A DNA stretch of 63,890 bases, the filler included, from Folioceros fuciformis (Eukaryota), in assembly GCA_049999805.1 (NCBI GenBank). It is 6 parts of 6 records of this genome, joined end to end, with 100 filler letters (N's around TTAATTAATTAA, not from the genome) between each part and the next. Parts side by side here need not be neighbours in the genome. Positions count along the whole stretch, not along the records: positions 60,496 to 62,638 come from JBNGIO010006009.1; positions 62,739 to 63,890 come from JBNGIO010006055.1; 4 more parts are not named here. One strand, 5' to 3'. The stretch's first letter is position 1; each line of letters begins with the position of its first letter. The translations under genes were made by a program, and so were the position numbers. The notes under the pieces were generated by a model. It did no database searches. It was not told the DNA's origin and saw nothing but the letters and a program-made list of their open reading frames with translations. Positions 60,801 to 63,890 of the stretch are shown piece by piece.

Positions 60801-62326
60801 ATCATCATGGCCAGTGGCCCAAAGCACATGGCAACAGTGAAAGGGTTTCTGACCTCTGAATTCTCTATGACAGATTTGGGCCAGCTAACATTCTTTCTTG
60901 GCATACAGATCCAGCAGAACCTTCCTGCACACACAATATTTATACATCAGTCCACATTTGTACAACAAACCTTAGTCAGGTTCAGAATGCAGCATGCAAA
61001 GCCAGTGGCCACACCTATGGCTGTTGGAGATAAACTGACTCTTGCACAATGTCCAAAGACTGAAAAAGAAAGGCAGAAGATGGAATCCATACCGTACAGA
61101 CAGGCAGTGGGAGTTTGCATATATTTCAGGAACTGGACACGTCCAGAGCTGTCACATGCTGTTGGGGTTGCATCCCAATTCTTGTCAAACTATGGTTCTG
61201 CCCACTGGCACGCTGTACAGCGGATACTTAGATATCTTGGTACCAAACCAAGATTAAGTCTGCTATATGCTAAGAGACCAGAAAGACTGCTACTTACCTG
61301 CTACTGTGACGCTGACTGGGCAGCGGACACTGATAGCATAAGATCTATCTCAGCACATTGCCTTATGCTAGGCAAAGATGAATACCAGTCAACAGTCATA
61401 GCCTGGCACTCAAAGAAGCAGCAAGTGGTAGCACTCTCCTCTACTGAGGCTGAGTACATAGCCACTACAACGGCTGCCCAAGATATCCTCCACTGCCGAG
61501 AGCTGTTGGCATCACTAGGGGAGACACAATCTGCCCCAACACCACTACTCAGCGATAACCAATCAGCCATCTGTTAAGCATGATTAACGTTGATATTTAT
61601 TAGTGCTAATCCAGCTTATTGAGTTTGTACTAATTAGTGGTAAGAGTGATTAAGGTTATGATTAATATATATATATAGCTTATTAGACTTTGCTATGTTG
61701 GGCAAAAGAAGTATTGTAGGGTTTGGTTGGGGTCATTTATCCCATATTGGGCACGAAATGAGAGTGCCACCCATAGGTCCATAAAAGAAGGGATGAACCC
61801 ACTTAGAATATGCAGTCTAACTCCCTCTTCACTTGTATTGTGTTGTTTTTGTAATTCTCCTTTTTTTATTTGAGTTTAAGAGCCTTGTTATAGTGCTCTT
61901 ATTTTTGGGATTCTGCATCTTGCTTCAACTAACTTGTTTTAACCTCCTTTGAGCATGGCGGGGGTGACATCTCAACACCATCGCTCTATCTCAGAATCCG
62001 GTAATGCACGCACGCACTAAACATATAGACATTAAACACCACTTCATCAGACAGGTCATTTCAGAAGGACAGGTCAGTCTACAGTATGTTTCTACACACG
62101 AAAACATTGCTGACCTGCTAACAAAACCTCTGCCCCGGGACAAGCATGAGAAATTTTCTAGAGCCATGGGGTTAGTGGAGTGTCCGAATTCCTAACCTAC
62201 CTACGTTACCTAGCTAGAGGAAAATACTGCTGCAAATGCATATAGGAGTCTTCAAGTCTTCTTGAACTGCCTGTAGGGCATTCTTGATGCACATCATCAC
62301 CTTGGTTCTGCACCCAATACCACGCN
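57871..62326 (+). mobile_element. Ty1/copia element: 5' LTR 57871-58120, PBS 58121-58133, extra ORF, gag, (linker gap), RT and RNase H to 62195
   Basis: PBS TGGTATCAGAGCC; gag RFNGQHFDIW...LWGYV; RT MDVKTAFLNG, YGLKQSPREW, LYVDD, DADWA, ALSSTEAEY; RNase H HARTKHID, NIADLLTKPL. gag and RT are separated by an artificial linker and may be different copies. Confidence 0.85.
61572..61977. mobile_element. Solo LTR (406 bp) inserted in the RNase H region
   Basis: TGTT...AACA ends with a perfect 5-bp TSD CCATC (61567-61571, 61978-61982). Removal restores DNQSAI-ALSQNPVMHARTKH. Confidence 0.93.
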
Positions 62327-63890
62327 NNNNNNNNNGTACAAAGGTTTTATATATGCCCTAACTCGGCTGGAAAAATGCACGAAAAGTCGTTGTTTTCAGC
62401 ATAATTAAAAAGCAGTAGGAAATAATCTAGCTAAGTGGGAGTAAAAGGAATAGGAGGTAGGATAAATAGTTATTAAATAGCCAGCATTATTTCCATAATT
62501 AATTAGGCTATAACATGAACTAACCGACGGATATGAATCACCGTGATTCATACCGTCGTAACGAAACGGCAACCGCCACACGTCACGGGACACTCCCAAC
62601 GGTCGTGTCCACCCGCACATCTTTTAAGCGGCCTCACGNNNNNNNNNNNNNNNNNNNNNNNNNNNNNNNNNNNNNNNNNNNNTTAATTAATTAANNNNNN
62701 NNNNNNNNNNNNNNNNNNNNNNNNNNNNNNNNNNNNNNCGGCAGCGGCGCCAGATTTTTGTTCATGTCGCAGTACAAGGAACGTATATCCCTCGTTATAC
62801 TACTAAAAATCACTTTAAAGTACAACAAAGATGACTCTAAAGATCGAACCCAAGAGATTCCGTGAAGTTCTAGACTATACTTCGTTTATCCACCAACCAA
62901 TCAGGTTCCGGTCTAAACTGACAACCGGAACCAACAACCACCAAGGGAAGTGTTACCCGGATTACTTCCTACCTCCGGTTTCACTACCCTATCCGTTTAA
63001 CGGGGATCTTCAAGATTGGAATCAAGCTATTCCGCTCCTGATTACCCCGTTCCCTTAATCCGGTTGGCCGTGGCCTTCCGTAACTCTTACAATATCCGGT
63101 TTGATTTTACCTCTGTTTCACCATCAGAGGGGTCGCCGGTTGCTTTTGAGAGTGGTAGGCTAACCGCTCCTTCCGTGACTTATAGTGGCTGAAGACCCAC
63201 TTCTCTAATTTGCTAACTCCTAGCTAATCTGGATCCGGTTTGGTATTCTCACAGTAACCCGAATAGAAATCCGGATTACAGGTCACACAGAAACCCCCCG
63301 TACGATCCTTCCATACTACAACGACTTGAACGTCCTACTCATTTCCGTGCGAAGCTGAGGTCGTTACAAGTGAATTTGTCCGTTCCAACTTATCCTTCCA
63401 ACCCACCCGTTTAGTTCTAAGACTGATAAGACCTCACTGGAGATCGGAGACTCAACCGGACTTCCCACCCGGGAGTTCTAACACGATGCAGGAATCCCTC
63501 CTTACACGGCTAGTCCTAACAACGGCTTTCTTATCCGGGTTCCTGGACTGAGGATTTGCTGAGGAATCTGAATCCACTCCTAACCGTTCCAAACACCTGC
63601 TCACATGCACTCAGAAAACAGAGCGGACTATACAAGGGAGAAATCTCCTACAAACCGGAATGCTAGTCTTAACCTCTAAGTACATGACTCTGCCAAATCA
63701 TGGGGGAGACACACAACTCAGACAGCAACTGGACAGCTCCAAATGTTTGCAAAAAGAAGACTCAACTGGCTCTCCGTGGAGGCCAGCTTATATTCAAAAA
63801 GTTTATACTACAAAGGCGGAAAGTGCACGGGAAATCTTGCTGATTTCCCGGCACCCGCCGAGCATATCCGGATACTAATCCGGTTCAAAA

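Noticed and set aside
62337..63890. CCGG-rich, LTR/leader-like sequence at the window end
   Set aside because: No termini, PBS/PPT or coding motif could be identified, and it is fragmented by gaps.

Overview
Eukaryotic nuclear DNA from a compact land-plant genome: TTTAGGG repeats, short spliceosomal introns and dense genes suggest a bryophyte or lycophyte such as a hornwort (inference only). It is a draft assembly with N gaps and five artificial N-TTAATTAATTAA-N linkers, so adjacency across linkers is uncertain. Host genes: Sec61 alpha, the 5' end of an extensin, ferredoxin-dependent glutamate synthase (Fd-GOGAT), a plastid type I signal peptidase, a RING-CH E3 ligase, an atypical SDR, a p24-beta cargo receptor, a CCX cation/Ca exchanger, a two-domain universal stress protein, histone H2A, a divergent alpha-tubulin and the TFIIF large subunit (RAP74). 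Mobile DNA: a decayed two-ORF PIF/Harbinger element, a LINE 3' fragment, several nested Ty1/copia pieces and solo LTRs. The most unusual signals are: (i) a 38-bp telomere-repeat minisatellite whose spacer is the reverse complement of a subunit of the neighbouring satellite; (ii) a copia element with non-canonical TAGCG...CGCTA LTR ends and an extra pre-gag ORF apparently built from recycled RT and zinc-knuckle motifs; (iii) an LTR flanked by both a PPT and a PBS; (iv) an alpha-tubulin lacking K40 and the acidic/Tyr tail. No database searches were run. Exon boundaries were read by eye and I cannot claim a confirmed new system.
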